From positions 868,001 through 932,000 of the forward strand of contig NC_043000.1 of assembly GCF_006345805.1 (NCBI RefSeq): a DNA stretch of 64,000 bases. The letters are read 5' to 3'. Positions 1-11,079 of this stretch are shown in pieces; the stretch's first letter is position 1, and every line of letters begins with the position of its first letter. The translations under genes and the position numbers were made by a program. Origin of the DNA: Octopus sinensis. Taxonomy: Eukaryota. A model generated the notes under the pieces. It worked only from the letters and a program-made list of their open reading frames with translations. It was not told where the DNA came from and did no database searches.

Positions 1-1160
1 GTATAGGAGTATGTAAGTATGTGTGTGTGTATGTGTATGGGTGTATGTATGTATGTATGTATGTGTGTGTGTGCATGTGTGTAAGTATATGTGTGTGTGC
101 GTATGTATGTGTATGTGTGTGTGTTTATGTATGTGTGTATGTATGTGTGTAGGCGTGTGTGTATAGGTGTATGTATGTATGGGTGTGTGTCTGTGTGTGT
201 GTAGGTATGTGTGTATGTATGAGTGAAGGTATGGCTGTGTAGGTGTGTGTGTGTATGAATGTATGTGTGTGTACAAGTGTAATGTATGTATGTAGGTGTG
301 TGTGTGTGTGTGTGTGTATGTGTGCGTGTGCGTGTATATGTGTGTGTGTGTATGCGTGTGAGTGTGAGTGTATGGGTGTATGTCTGTGTGTGTGTATGTC
401 TGAAATAGGTATGTGTGTGTATGTATGTATGTGTGTGCGGGTATGTGTGTGTGTGTATGTGTGTGTGTATGTGTGTGTGTGAGTAGGTGTGCGTGTATGT
501 ATGTGGGTAGGGATGCATGCGTGTGTGTGGGTATGTATGCATACATACGCACGCACACACACGAAACACGCCCACACACACGAAGCACGCTCACACACAC
601 AACACACAAACAATACAACGCAAGCCCATGGGGCCGACCAACCCCAGCACGCGCCAGGGCGCGCGCGCGCGCGGGCCCCCGAACAACCCGCTCCACGGGA
701 ACCGAGGATCCATCAACCAAAACCAGAAGGCAGAAATGAGGAGTGGGCTGCCTGGATGCAAATGGGTGTATGTCTGTGTGCATTCGTGTCAAGGTGTGCA
801 TGTGTAGGTATGTATGTATGTATGTGTGTGTGTGCATACATGTATGTGTGCATGTGTGTGTGTGTATGTAAGTATAGGTGTGTGAAGTATGTATGTGCGA
901 TGTGTGTGTGTGTGTGTATGTATGTGCGTATGTATGTGTGTATGTATGTATGTATGTCTGTGTGTGTGTGTGTGTGTAAGTATGTATGTGTGTGTGCATG
1001 TATGTATGTGTGTATGTATGTGCATGTTGGTTTGTATGTTAGTGTGTGCATGTATGTCTATAAGTATGTGTGATTAAATGTGTGAATGTACGTAGATGTG
1101 TATACGTATGTGTGTGTGTGAACAGGCGTGTGGGAGGTAGGTAGGCGTGTGTGTGGGGGG
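1..1160. repeat. Compound (TG)n/(TATG)n microsatellite array with an internal inverted CA-rich and GC-rich block (~540-720)
   Basis: Direct reading; the long VC/HT-rich ORFs here are translation artefacts. Confidence 0.95.
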
Positions 1161-1182
1161 GGGTTATCCAAAAAAAAAAACC

Positions 1183-2510
1183 TTAAGAGGAGGGGGCTGT
1201 GTTAAGTCCGTGTGGGGTAGTGGTTTGTAGGGTGAAGATGTAGCGTTCCTCCAAGTGGAGCCTAGAAAGTGGACAACCATTGTGGGGGGTGAGACCAAAC
1301 ACTGAGATGTCATCTAGGGAATGGCTGGCCGAGCGGAAGTGGCGTGCGACGGGAGAAAAAGAGTGTAGGCGAACGTCACTCAAATGTTCTGTGAATCGGT
1401 CGGACAACCGGCGTCCCGTCTGTCCTACATACAGCATCCCGCATAGGTTGCATTTAATGCAGTATATGAGTCCAGACGAGGTGCACGTAAAAGAGTGCCT
1501 AATACGTACAGTTCGCCGGTTGGAGCCGGTGACAGCAGTGGTGTTGGTGATGAAGGGGCAAGTGTTGCAGCGGGATCTGGAGCAAGGGAATGATTCGTGT
1601 GGGGCTGAGGGGGAAGGCGAGAGGGTGCAGTAGACCAGGAGGTCACGTAGATTCCGGGCTCGTTTGAAGGAGGACAGGGGTGGGTTAGGGAAAATGGGGC
1701 GGGTTGTGGGATCAAGCTGGAGGCGACGGAAGGCACGTAGTATCTTGCGACGAAGGGGTAGAGTAGAGGGGTGGAAAAGGAGGGGGAAGGGGTGCGGTTG
1801 GGGGTGGGGGGTTGAAGGAGACAGGGCAGTGGTGCGGTCGATGCGACGGGCGCGGGTGAGGGCATTAGAGATGAGTATGGGTGGGTAACCTCGGAGTCTG
1901 AACAGGCGGGCCAGGTATTGAGATTGTGTCTCGAAATCCTGGTCGCGGCTGCACAAACGTCGGAGGCGGAGGAACTGGGAGTAGGGGATGGCTCGTTTGG
2001 TGTGGAAGGGGTGGGAGGAGGAGAAGTTGAGATAGAGGTGGGAATCCGTAGGTTTAAAGAAGGCGGTGGTGGTGAGAGAGTTGGAGGGGCGGTCGATTCG
2101 GAGAGAGATGTCAGGAAGTTACAGAGGTGTTGGAGATGGTTGAGGTGAATTGTAGAGAGGGTGAAGTTGGAAAGGAAAGAGATGAATTGGCAGAGAAGTT
2201 CACGGAAAGGGAGGTGGCACCTATGTAGTCGTCTATATAGCGACCGTATAGTTCGGGGGTCGGCCCAGAGAACTGGGAGAATACTTGGGCCTCAATGTAG
2301 CCAAGAAAGAGATTGGCGAAATTGGGGCCCATCCTAGTTCCCATCGCGACCCCGGACACCTGTTGGTACGTTTCCCCGGCGAACGTGAAACAGTTGAGGG
2401 TGAGGACGAGCTCAGCCAGGCGGAGAAGGGTGGGGTGCTAGGGGTGGGGTCAGGACGACGGTCGAGGAAGTATTGGAGGGCTAGGAGACCGTCATTGTGG
2501 GGAATCACTG
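1183..2510 (-). mobile_element. 5'-truncated Penelope-like retroelement (RT core, thumb and C-terminal GIY-YIG endonuclease), frameshifted
   Basis: RT motifs GVAMGTRMGPNFANLF and RYIDD (ORF 2111-2359); EN CxxC...LIYCIKC..C...YVGQTGRRL..RF.EH (ORF 1183-1956); GC-rich relative to flanks. Confidence 0.92.
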
Positions 2511-2569
2511 TATATATATATATATATAAGTATCTGAAAGAATGGAGTTGAACGACTAGTTATCAAATA

Positions 2570-2637
2570 TCCTTTATTCTCGACATATGTTTCGAAGGCT
2601 GCATATTATGCAGATTTCTCTTCAGGAAAATCAAGGA
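2570..2637 (-). ncRNA. Type I hammerhead ribozyme motif (left arm)
   Basis: Minus strand: tccttgattttc CTGAAGA g..ctgcat-aat-atgcag..c GAAA catat GTC gagaataaagga; stem I pairs at 11 of 12 positions; palindromic stem III ACATATGT. Confidence 0.88.
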
Positions 2638-3195
2638 AACTTAAGTCGACATCAAAATGCACAAAAAACTTTTAGCTGACCGCTCTCAAGGAGCCCATGG
2701 CGATAATGAGTGTCTCTTTATAATGAGTGACGTCAGAGTGGCTGAATGTAGAAGAATCTAGAAGTTTCTAAAGGTTCAAGAGTTCAAACGAAGTAGGAGG
2801 AGGGAGGCATAAGAATAGTAAGATGAGAGAGTGCAGGTCAAAAGAATGGTGGGTTTAAATGATTTCTTTTGTGAATGAGTGCCTGTGTGTGTGACTGTAT
2901 ATAATTGTCTTAATGTGTGTATGTGTGTGTCTGAATGCGTAATTGTGTTTGTGGATGGGTAGAAGTCAGAAAACTGACAGCTGTGAGTTGAAAGGTCTGT
3001 ATCTGTGTGTTCGATTATGTTTACTGTAGGGAAAGGAAAGTAGATAGCGAAAGAGAGAAATAATCGAGCGAGGTGAGAGGCAACGCAAGAATGGATAGTA
3101 GTAATTGGGAATATAAGAAAATCTTTTTTGACTATTGGGGTGAAATATAGCAAAAAAAAATTTGGGGGAATTCGAGGGGTTATCTATATTAGTCA

Positions 3196-3687
3196 CTATT
3201 TATATGAATGAAAGGTGTGTCTTTTCCAGTGTAAGCACCTGTAGGATCTTTCGACGATTGTGTTTATTAAAGGGCCTTTGGCGAACAAAATATGAAAAAG
3301 TTCGGAATTACAGATGCCACAAAATTTTCTGCCTTTATCAAACGGGAAGGACACCGACAAAATGGACCATTCGAGCTTGAACGTAGTGTTATTGTTCTTC
3401 AGACGCCATACTAATTTGCTTAGCCCCGTGCTGTGTTGCTTTCTCTTATCTCTGAAATTGGAATAATGGTTGGAGACTTTTTGGGCTAATTTAGAAGAGG
3501 TTGCGCCAATATAGAAGTAGACATCGGTTCCAGAAGAGATTTTGCATTGGTAAGTGGTGTTTCTAATTTTGGAATTTTTGGATAAGAACTTTAATCTGTT
3601 GGGGTTGGTTTCCGATACTAACACAGAGTTTTTATTATTGTGATAGGTGTAAAAATTGTTGCTGGTTTTGGCTACGATACTATTCAT
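3196..3687 (-). CDS. PLE-type GIY-YIG endonuclease domain ORF (163 aa)
   Basis: TTYQC..YIG..NH..F..STGLSKLVWRLK..W.I..CGICNSE..LIN..CLH pattern. Confidence 0.8.
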   Translation of the reverse strand: MNSIVAKTSNNFYTYHNNKNSVLVSETNPNRLKFLSKNSKIRNTTYQCKISSGTDVYFYIGATSSKLAQKVSNHYSNFRDKRKQHSTGLSKLVWRLKNNNTTFKLEWSILSVSFPFDKGRKFCGICNSELFHILFAKGPLINTIVERSYRCLHWKRHTFHSYK

Positions 3688-3689
3688 CT

Positions 3690-4358
3690 TTAGTAATTAT
3701 CATTACTATTAGTTATAATAGCGTCGGCAAATTCCCTGGCTATAGGAATGCTGCGATTGTTATCATCAATAATATAACTGTTATTAAGAATGCTGGTACT
3801 ATTACCACTAACACCACCACTGTTAATAATCTGGCTAATGTTATTATCATTATAACTATTGCTAACGCTAATGCTGCTATGAATGTTGCTAATGCCCATA
3901 CTATTTCTATTATTATTATTATTGTATGTTACGTTGGAATGGGTAAGGGCGGTGTCGCTACTCATGGGTGGAGAGACCCTATTTAACAGCTTATTATTGT
4001 GGGAAGCTATTATCTGCGAAAGATTTTTAGTATTTGAGAATGCTATTCTTACTTTATGCGAATTTATAGTGGAGTAGTATCTAGAATTCCTAGGAAAATT
4101 CTTAGTAACGGCTTCACGGAATTGTAAAGGGAGATTAGACCTGATTTTTCTCCCGAAAGGAATCACAAACCAGATATAGTTTTTTTTGTTCTTGGAATGG
4201 CTGAGAGTGTTGACATTTACATTAAAGGGTATCTTTCTGTGTTGTAGAATGGGTTTTGGTTTACGCTGGCCTCCCCTGGTCCGTAAGTTATTATTGTAAA
4301 ATATATTTGTGTCGACGTTGCTAGAGCTGAAATCACTATTTATGTTATCATATATCAT
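3690..4358 (-). CDS. Asn-rich ORF (222 aa) containing the PLE RT-to-EN linker segment; no RT catalytic core
   Basis: KKNYIWFVIPF...KNFP...INSHKVRIAFSNTKNLSQIIASHNNKLL matches the RKR.IWFNPPF...NRNTVKVSYS.M.N...II..HN.KIL linker as I recall it. Confidence 0.7.
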   Translation of the reverse strand: MIYDNINSDFSSSNVDTNIFYNNNLRTRGGQRKPKPILQHRKIPFNVNVNTLSHSKNKKNYIWFVIPFGRKIRSNLPLQFREAVTKNFPRNSRYYSTINSHKVRIAFSNTKNLSQIIASHNNKLLNRVSPPMSSDTALTHSNVTYNNNNNRNSMGISNIHSSISVSNSYNDNNISQIINSGGVSGNSTSILNNSYIIDDNNRSIPIAREFADAIITNSNDNY

Positions 4359-4825
4359 ATATCGATCCGGCCCATCCTAAACTAATATCTGCCCATCAAG
4401 ATAAGATAACTTCTAATAATAATATAAATAACATAAATAGTGATTTCAGCTCTAGCAACAGATACAGACCTTTCAACTCACAGCTATCAGTTTTCTGACT
4501 TCTACCCATCCACAAACACAATCACGCATTCAGACACACACATACACACGTTAAGACAGTTATATACAGTCACACACACAGGCACTCATTCACAAAAGAA
4601 ATCATTTAAACCCACCATTCTTTTGACCTGCACTCTCTCACTTACTATTCTTATGCCTCCCTCCTCCTACTTCGTTTGAACTCTTGAACCTTTAGAAACT
4701 TCTAGATTCTTCTACATTCAGCCACTCTGACGTCACTCATTATAAAGAGACACTCATTATCGCCATGGGCTCCTTGAGAGCGGTCAGCTAAAAGTTTTTT
4801 GTGCATTTTGATGTCGACTTAAGTT

Positions 4826-4922
4826 TCCTTGATTTTCCTGAAGAGAAATCTGCATAATGTACTCCTTATTCCTTCGGAATTAGGAATATGCAGCCTTCGA
4901 AACATATGTCGAGAATAAAGGA
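4826..4922 (+). ncRNA. Type I hammerhead ribozyme motif (right arm), predicted cleavage after C4910
   Basis: CTGAAGA 4838-4844, GAAA 4899-4902, GTC 4908-4910, stem I 4826-4837/4911-4922; stem II extended by a 29-nt hairpin. Confidence 0.9.
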
Positions 4923-5400
4923 TATTTGTTAACTAGTCGTTCAACTCCATTCTTTCAGATATTTATAATTTCAAAATAAACATACAAATTTCCGCACGAA
5001 GACGCGTAGTCTATGCCCTAGCGACGTAGCTTCAACCGTGTTCTTTCTGATGTGAATTTGCTACCCAGGTATCGGTTATCTTTCGAATTATCCTTAATAA
5101 GATAATTCATTCATTACTCAAATATATATATATATATATATATAATGTGTGTATGTTCATGGGGAGGATGTTTATTCCTTTCCGTTGCAGCGATTTTCAG
5201 AATCGTTAGCGTACTGGACAAACACACTCTATCCCTTTATACACAGACAGACAGATAGATAAATAAATAGATAGATCTATAGATAGATAGATAGATAGAT
5301 ACATACATACATACATACATACATACATACATACATACATACATACATACATACATACATACATAGGCAGACAGGCAAGCAGGCAGGCAGATAGACGGAC

Positions 5401-5497
<97 letters not shown>

Positions 5498-5498
5498 T

Positions 5499-5781
5499 GT
5501 TTCTTTATTAGCCACACAGGGCTGAACACAGACGGGACAAATTACAAAGTAGAGCTTTTCTTTTGGGGGAGAAAGACGAAAAAGTGGGGTAGGTTTTCTA
5601 TCAAAAGGGATCGTAAAAAAAAAGACGATTAATAGGGATCGTGTATCACAGAAATGTCATGATGTAAAGTTTAAAGGAGGAAACAGATAAGGTTTATCCG
5701 TGGAAAGAAAAGCCTACGGTAACCTCGGTCAATAATTTCACATGTTAACACATTTATTTGCAAGTAAGTAACTCTCTGTTT

Positions 5782-5782
<1 letters not shown>
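5499..5782 (-). mobile_element. 3' fragment of a non-LTR retroelement-like family embedded in (GATA)n arrays
   Basis: Fixed end ...CCCTGTGTGGCTAATAAAGAAAC followed by (ATCT)n; homologous copies at 41784, 56160 and 56431; GATA arrays on both sides. Confidence 0.7.
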
Positions 5783-5879
<97 letters not shown>

Positions 5880-6599
5880 TAAGTATATCTATAAATTGAT
5901 ATTACTTGGGTGATATCATAACGTCCTTAACAAAGTTCCTTGACGAGTATTTGCTACATTATTATATAGATACGTTTAGATATATCTATGTATATCTTTA
6001 ATTAGGTTTGTATAAACACAGGAACTTATTAATACGCAGATATGTATACATATGTGTGTGCATATATGTGTGTATGCACACACATGCACACGCAATTACG
6101 CACTAAGAAAAGCATGCATATGAAAGTTGATAAACGTATGTTGTTATGCAATGTCCATTCATCTTCATACAAAACCTTCTTCTATCCATCTATCTTTCCT
6201 TCTTCAAGCGTAGGCTCGAAACGTCAAAAACTCTTCCATTTTTCCTGAGTGTCAAAATAATACACCCTGTTTCTTATTCTCTTACCTGTCCTGTCTTTTG
6301 TCTATTTTGTTTGTTAATTACACGTTCCATGCATTTACGATGACAAGAAGCATCTGTGAAATTCGGGCTGAACAAGCACCATGGGATATTTCAATTCGAA
6401 ATCACCGTTTATCGGTTATATCAATAGTCTGCATCTTTTGCTTTTGACAAAGACGAAAACACTTATGCACACACACTGATAAACACACACGCACACACAG
6501 ACAAACACACACAGACATACACACACAGACACACAGACATACACACACACCCACTTGTATACATATGATTGTGTAGATGCTTTTATATATATATATATA

Positions 6600-6880
6600 T
6601 CACGTGATCACGTGACCGTCCAGACCATCAGATGTTGCTACACATCGCTGGTCACAATGCGCTTCGCATTGTTTTAGCCTTCGAATGACGCCACCCCGCT
6701 GACTAAGCGAGCAGGCCAACAGAAGAAAGAGTGGCGAAAGAGTACAGCAGGGATCACCACACCCTGCTGGAGCCTCGTGGAGCTTTTAGGTGTTTTCGCT
6801 CAATAAACACTCACAACACCCGGTCTGAGAATCGAAACCGCGAGTCCGCTGCCCTAACCATTGGGTCATTGAGCCTCCAC
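6600..6880 (-). mobile_element. tRNA-derived SINE, family B head with an alternative 3' tail
   Basis: Head ggaggctcaatgacccaatggttagggcagcggactcgcggtttcgattc; tail ending gtcacgtgatcacgtg. Confidence 0.85.
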
Positions 6881-7241
6881 ATATATATATATAGAATACA
6901 GTGTACGTACGCCGCTATATATAAATATAATACAAAATGGGATAAGAAAGCAAAACATCCGGACAACTAAATGATACAAAAAGGGACAACAAAACATCCA
7001 GATAGACGATACAAAAACAAAAAAAAACAAGGACGGGTCATTCGAAGCTTTCTATCCTCAGTCAAGAACCGGATCATCCTCGCAATTTCGGCTGACTAAT
7101 CTTGAGATTGCTCCAATCTGGCTAGCCCCAAGGAAAAACTAAGCTAAGAGCATTAGATTCCTTGGAGGAAAGGAGGGAAAACAAGGACGAAAACAAGGAC
7201 GGAAAAACAGACGATGTTACACAAATATAAATACAAAATAC

Positions 7242-7281
<40 letters not shown>

Positions 7282-7750
7282 TGACAAAACAACAGGTGTC
7301 TTTCGACTGGGGACGAATTGAATTCAGTTGACTTTATTTTCTAAAGTCGCGAAAATACATACCATTTATATGCGAGTGATTGATCTAATTAGCTAGACAC
7401 CCTATCTCCACCCTTCATATTTGTTGCGTTTTGTCTGTGTTAGATCTCAAAAATGAATACGAATAAATATAAGTGGGTGTGTTGATGTAAATCTATTTGT
7501 AGAATTTGATGTAAATGAACAGTGGAGAAGTTTGCCTACAACAGCTTTTTTTACAATATAATTGGAATTAAATTGTCATTGGCATTGTTCTCTAAAATTC
7601 AGAGGCGCCATCTGCTAATGGTATGAATTGGTGACTTATGATACTTTTGTCTCGTTTCATAATTATTTCTAATTAGCATTTCTTTAATGCTACCAACATT
7701 AAATGCATAAATAATGTTAGCATAATATTTTAATTTCTAACTTAATAAAT

Positions 7751-7994
7751 GCGCCCTTTTAAAGCCTAGCCAGTCTCATGGGCCCGGTTCCCCGGTTTCA
7801 ATTGCGTATGTGTACCCCAGCTGGACGGGACGCCAGTCCATCACAGTGTTACTCATTTTTGCCAGCTGGGTGGACTGGAGCAACGTGAAATGAAGTGTTT
7901 TGCTCAAGAACACAACGCGACGCCCAGTCCAGGAATCGATACCACAATCTTACGATCATGATACTGACACCCTAACCACTAAGCCACGCGCCTC
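7751..7994 (-). mobile_element. tRNA-derived SINE, family D
   Basis: A/B-box-like head gaggcgcgtggcttagtggttaggg...gtatcgattcc; homologs at 21365, 41045, 42420, 55520. Confidence 0.85.
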
Positions 7995-8519
7995 TACCAA
8001 TTTCTAACTTAATTGCTCGTTTTTCATGTTAATTGCCCTTCTGAACTATTTATTCCCTAATAAGCATTATTTTCCTTCTTCAACAAATCCTATACATTCA
8101 CCTAATAACTATTTCGTCGCTGCTTCGACAATTCCGATAGAGGTTGCACTTTACTGATGAGGTCAGAATAAGAGTGCAATATATCCGAAGTTATCTCACG
8201 TACTTGCCGAAAAATGAAAATGATATATTAGTCACTAATATTTTTTTTATTTCGCTTGTTTCTTTTTTCCCTCATCACATATTTAAAATTAATTAATTTT
8301 TCTTTTAATGTTCGGTGTAATACATTTATTCTTCTATAATTAATGTCATTGCCACTTTGATATGGAAATAAATATATAATGTTATATCAACGATAAATAT
8401 AAAGGCGTTTGTTTCTGAAGAGGGTGGACTAGACTTTTGTGTCTTATGGGGCTAATATAACGCTTCTAACGGTGAAATTTGCTTGTCATCGTTGGTCATT
8501 TTGTTTTTATATTTGTATG

Positions 8520-8603
<84 letters not shown>

Positions 8604-8795
8604 TACTATTAAAAGGGATGTAGCCTTTTTCTCTACAGAAAAAAACTCCAAACTCTATCAGGAATTGTGGCAGTATATTAAAAGAACCTTTACTGTTAAA
8701 ATTATAAATATCTCCAGTTCAACTTTCTGTAGCAAGTAGATTAAACGTGGATTTCAGTATATTGGCTTTAGAAAACTTTCTTTAGCCATTGCTTA

Positions 8796-8849
<54 letters not shown>

Positions 8850-10109
8850 CAAAATATAACATGGAGGTAGGGAATGTGTGTGTGTGTGTGTGTGTGTGTG
8901 TAGCATGTGTAACAAATAATGCCGAACGAAAATTACAAGGCAAGAAATATAATTTACATGATCAAAATTTAAATGTTTCGAAGAAAACCGAAAACAAATA
9001 TTAACAGTCAAAGAACAGTTCCTAACAATACTATTACTATTTATGAATTACTAAACCCAGAGATTTTGGCCTATAATCAACAAGGACCTTATTCTTCTGT
9101 AACAAGTGTAGACTAGGCACCGATAACGACCATCACGCTGACCTGATTGTCTGGATATAGAAGATTGATATTATTTTTTTCCCTTCATAGATTGGCCCTT
9201 GATCGGACGGACCTATAGATGAAAGTCTCTCCATCCGTGTCAATTTCATATATTTTCAATGCAGTATATCTAGTACTACATTATCCAATGCAAACTTATT
9301 TATTTTTAAATGACTAAGTGTGATTTGGGGATATTCTGTTGCTATTTCTAGCAGGTCGAGTTACCTTAAAGGGGCCACCCTTCCCACATTGGTACGGTAA
9401 GAGATTATGGAAGACTGCAAACGCATGGAATTGATTTTCTTTCAGAATTAATCTTTTAATGGAAACATCGACGAAAACCCTCTCAAGGATAATCCACAAC
9501 GGCGCAAGAAGGAAAGATGTTTATTTGTAAACCTATCCTGAAGTGATGCCAGTTTATCTGTGAGTTCAACAACACGGAGTTGTTTTCTTTTGTTCAGTGG
9601 ACTTCTTTCCCAACCGCTTGTTGTTGCCTTCTTGTATTATTCTACGAAGGTGGCATCAAAGGGTCAGGAAAGGGAACCTTATTCTGCAACAAACACAAGA
9701 CCTTATAATGTACAATACATAAAGATTTACCACAAGATTTACTACGAGATTTACAATGATAATTAAAATGGAATTAGCACAGAAGTCTACGAACTGATGT
9801 CCGTCAATATTTATAAAGAGATCACTAGATTATAAATCAGCATGTTATTTTAACAATTCTTTGTAACTTTGATACAAGGCTAGAAATTTTGAGGGGAGGG
9901 GTTCAAATCGAATATATCGTCTCTAGTACTTGGCTGATATTTTATTTTAACGACACCGAAAGTATGGAAGGCAAAGTCTATTTCGGTGATATTTGAACTC
10001 AGAACATAAATCCGGTAGAAATGCCGTTAAGCATTTTCACTGACGTGAAGACGAGTCTGCCAGCTCACCCACATAACATTTTTGTTAATTCTTTTTACTA
10101 TATATACAA

Positions 10110-10850
10110 GGCCCGAAATTTGGGGTGGGGAAGTTTAGTCATTTACATCGGTCCCAGTATTTGACTGGCATTTATTTCATCGACCCCAGGTAAAGGCGAC
10201 CTCAGCGGTATTGAACTCAAAACATAAAGACAGACGAAATACCTATTTCTTTATTACCCACAAGGGGCTAAACACAGAGAGGACAAACAAGGACAGACAA
10301 ACGGATTAAGTCGATTACATCGACCCCAGTGCGTAACTGGTACTTATTTAATCGACCCCGAAATGATGAAAGACAAAGTCGACCTCGGTGGAATTTTAAC
10401 TCAGAACGTAGCGGCAGGCGAAATACCTATTTTTTATTACCCACAAGGGGCTAAACACAGAGAGGACAAACAAGGACAGACAAACGGATTAAGTCGATTA
10501 TATCGACCCCAGTGCGTAACTGGTACTTATTTAATCGACCCCGAAAGGATGAAAGGCAAAGTCGATCTCGGCGGAATTTGAACTCACAACGTAACGGCAG
10601 GCGAAATACCTATTTCTATTTCTTTATTACCCACAAGGGGCTAAACACAGAGCGGACAAACAAGGACAGACATAGGTATTAAGTCGATTACATCGACCCC
10701 AGTGCGTAACTGGTACTTAATTTATCGACCCCGAAAGGATGAAAGGCAAAGTCGACCTCGGCGGAATTTGAACTCACAACGTAACGGCAGGCGAAATACC
10801 GCTAAGCATTTTGTCCTTTTTGCTAGCGATTCGACTAACACGTTGCCTTC
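10110..10850 (-). mobile_element. SINE family A with tandem ~183-bp 3' modules
   Basis: Junction gaaatac|ctattt at 10242, 10426 and 10609. Confidence 0.9.
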
Positions 10851-11079
10851 ATCTTTTTAATAATAAATACATTAGTATTTATGTATGTAAGATATTCTGC
10901 AATAATATCATATCCATAACAGATCTCTTAAATGGTATTTGTAACAAAATTGTTAGAGCGTTGAACAAAATGCCTTGCGATATATAGTTCTGGCTGTTTG
11001 CGTTCAAATACTGCCAAGGTCGGCCTTGTTTTTCCTCAAACAGTTAACTCTTTGCCTTTCTTCTGTATCACATGTGATA

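Larger units (their letters stand above)
2531..4961. mobile_element. PLE-derived fold-back element: ~480-bp inverted terminal arms (2531-3006 and 4458-4961) enclosing an RT-less GIY-YIG cassette
   Basis: Arms are near-identical reverse complements (one 29-nt indel plus a few substitutions); a hammerhead in each arm; PLE-type ORFs between; left end at a (TA)n tract. Confidence 0.9.

Noticed and set aside
625-720. GC-rich patch with a (GC)n run inside the TG array
   Set aside because: Short, no recognisable motif or second copy; may be low-quality sequence.
125-1077. Long ORFs rich in VC/HT/YI repeats (also many similar ORFs throughout)
   Set aside because: Translations of TG/TA/GATA microsatellites; no domain content.
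6421-6480. AFDKDEN after an AG, resembling calmodulin EF1
   Set aside because: Similarity does not continue (no DG.I...EL) and it runs into a CA repeat.
7030-7075. CTGAGGA...cttcGAAT on the minus strand
   Set aside because: Stem II closure and GAAA not satisfied.
8148-8200. CTGATGA gg...cc GAAG hammerhead-like string
   Set aside because: GAAA core broken, no convincing stems I/III, no second copy.
10110-10850. Regularly spaced repeats resembling a CRISPR array
   Set aside because: Units are whole ~183-bp SINE modules with no unique spacers; eukaryotic context, no cas genes.
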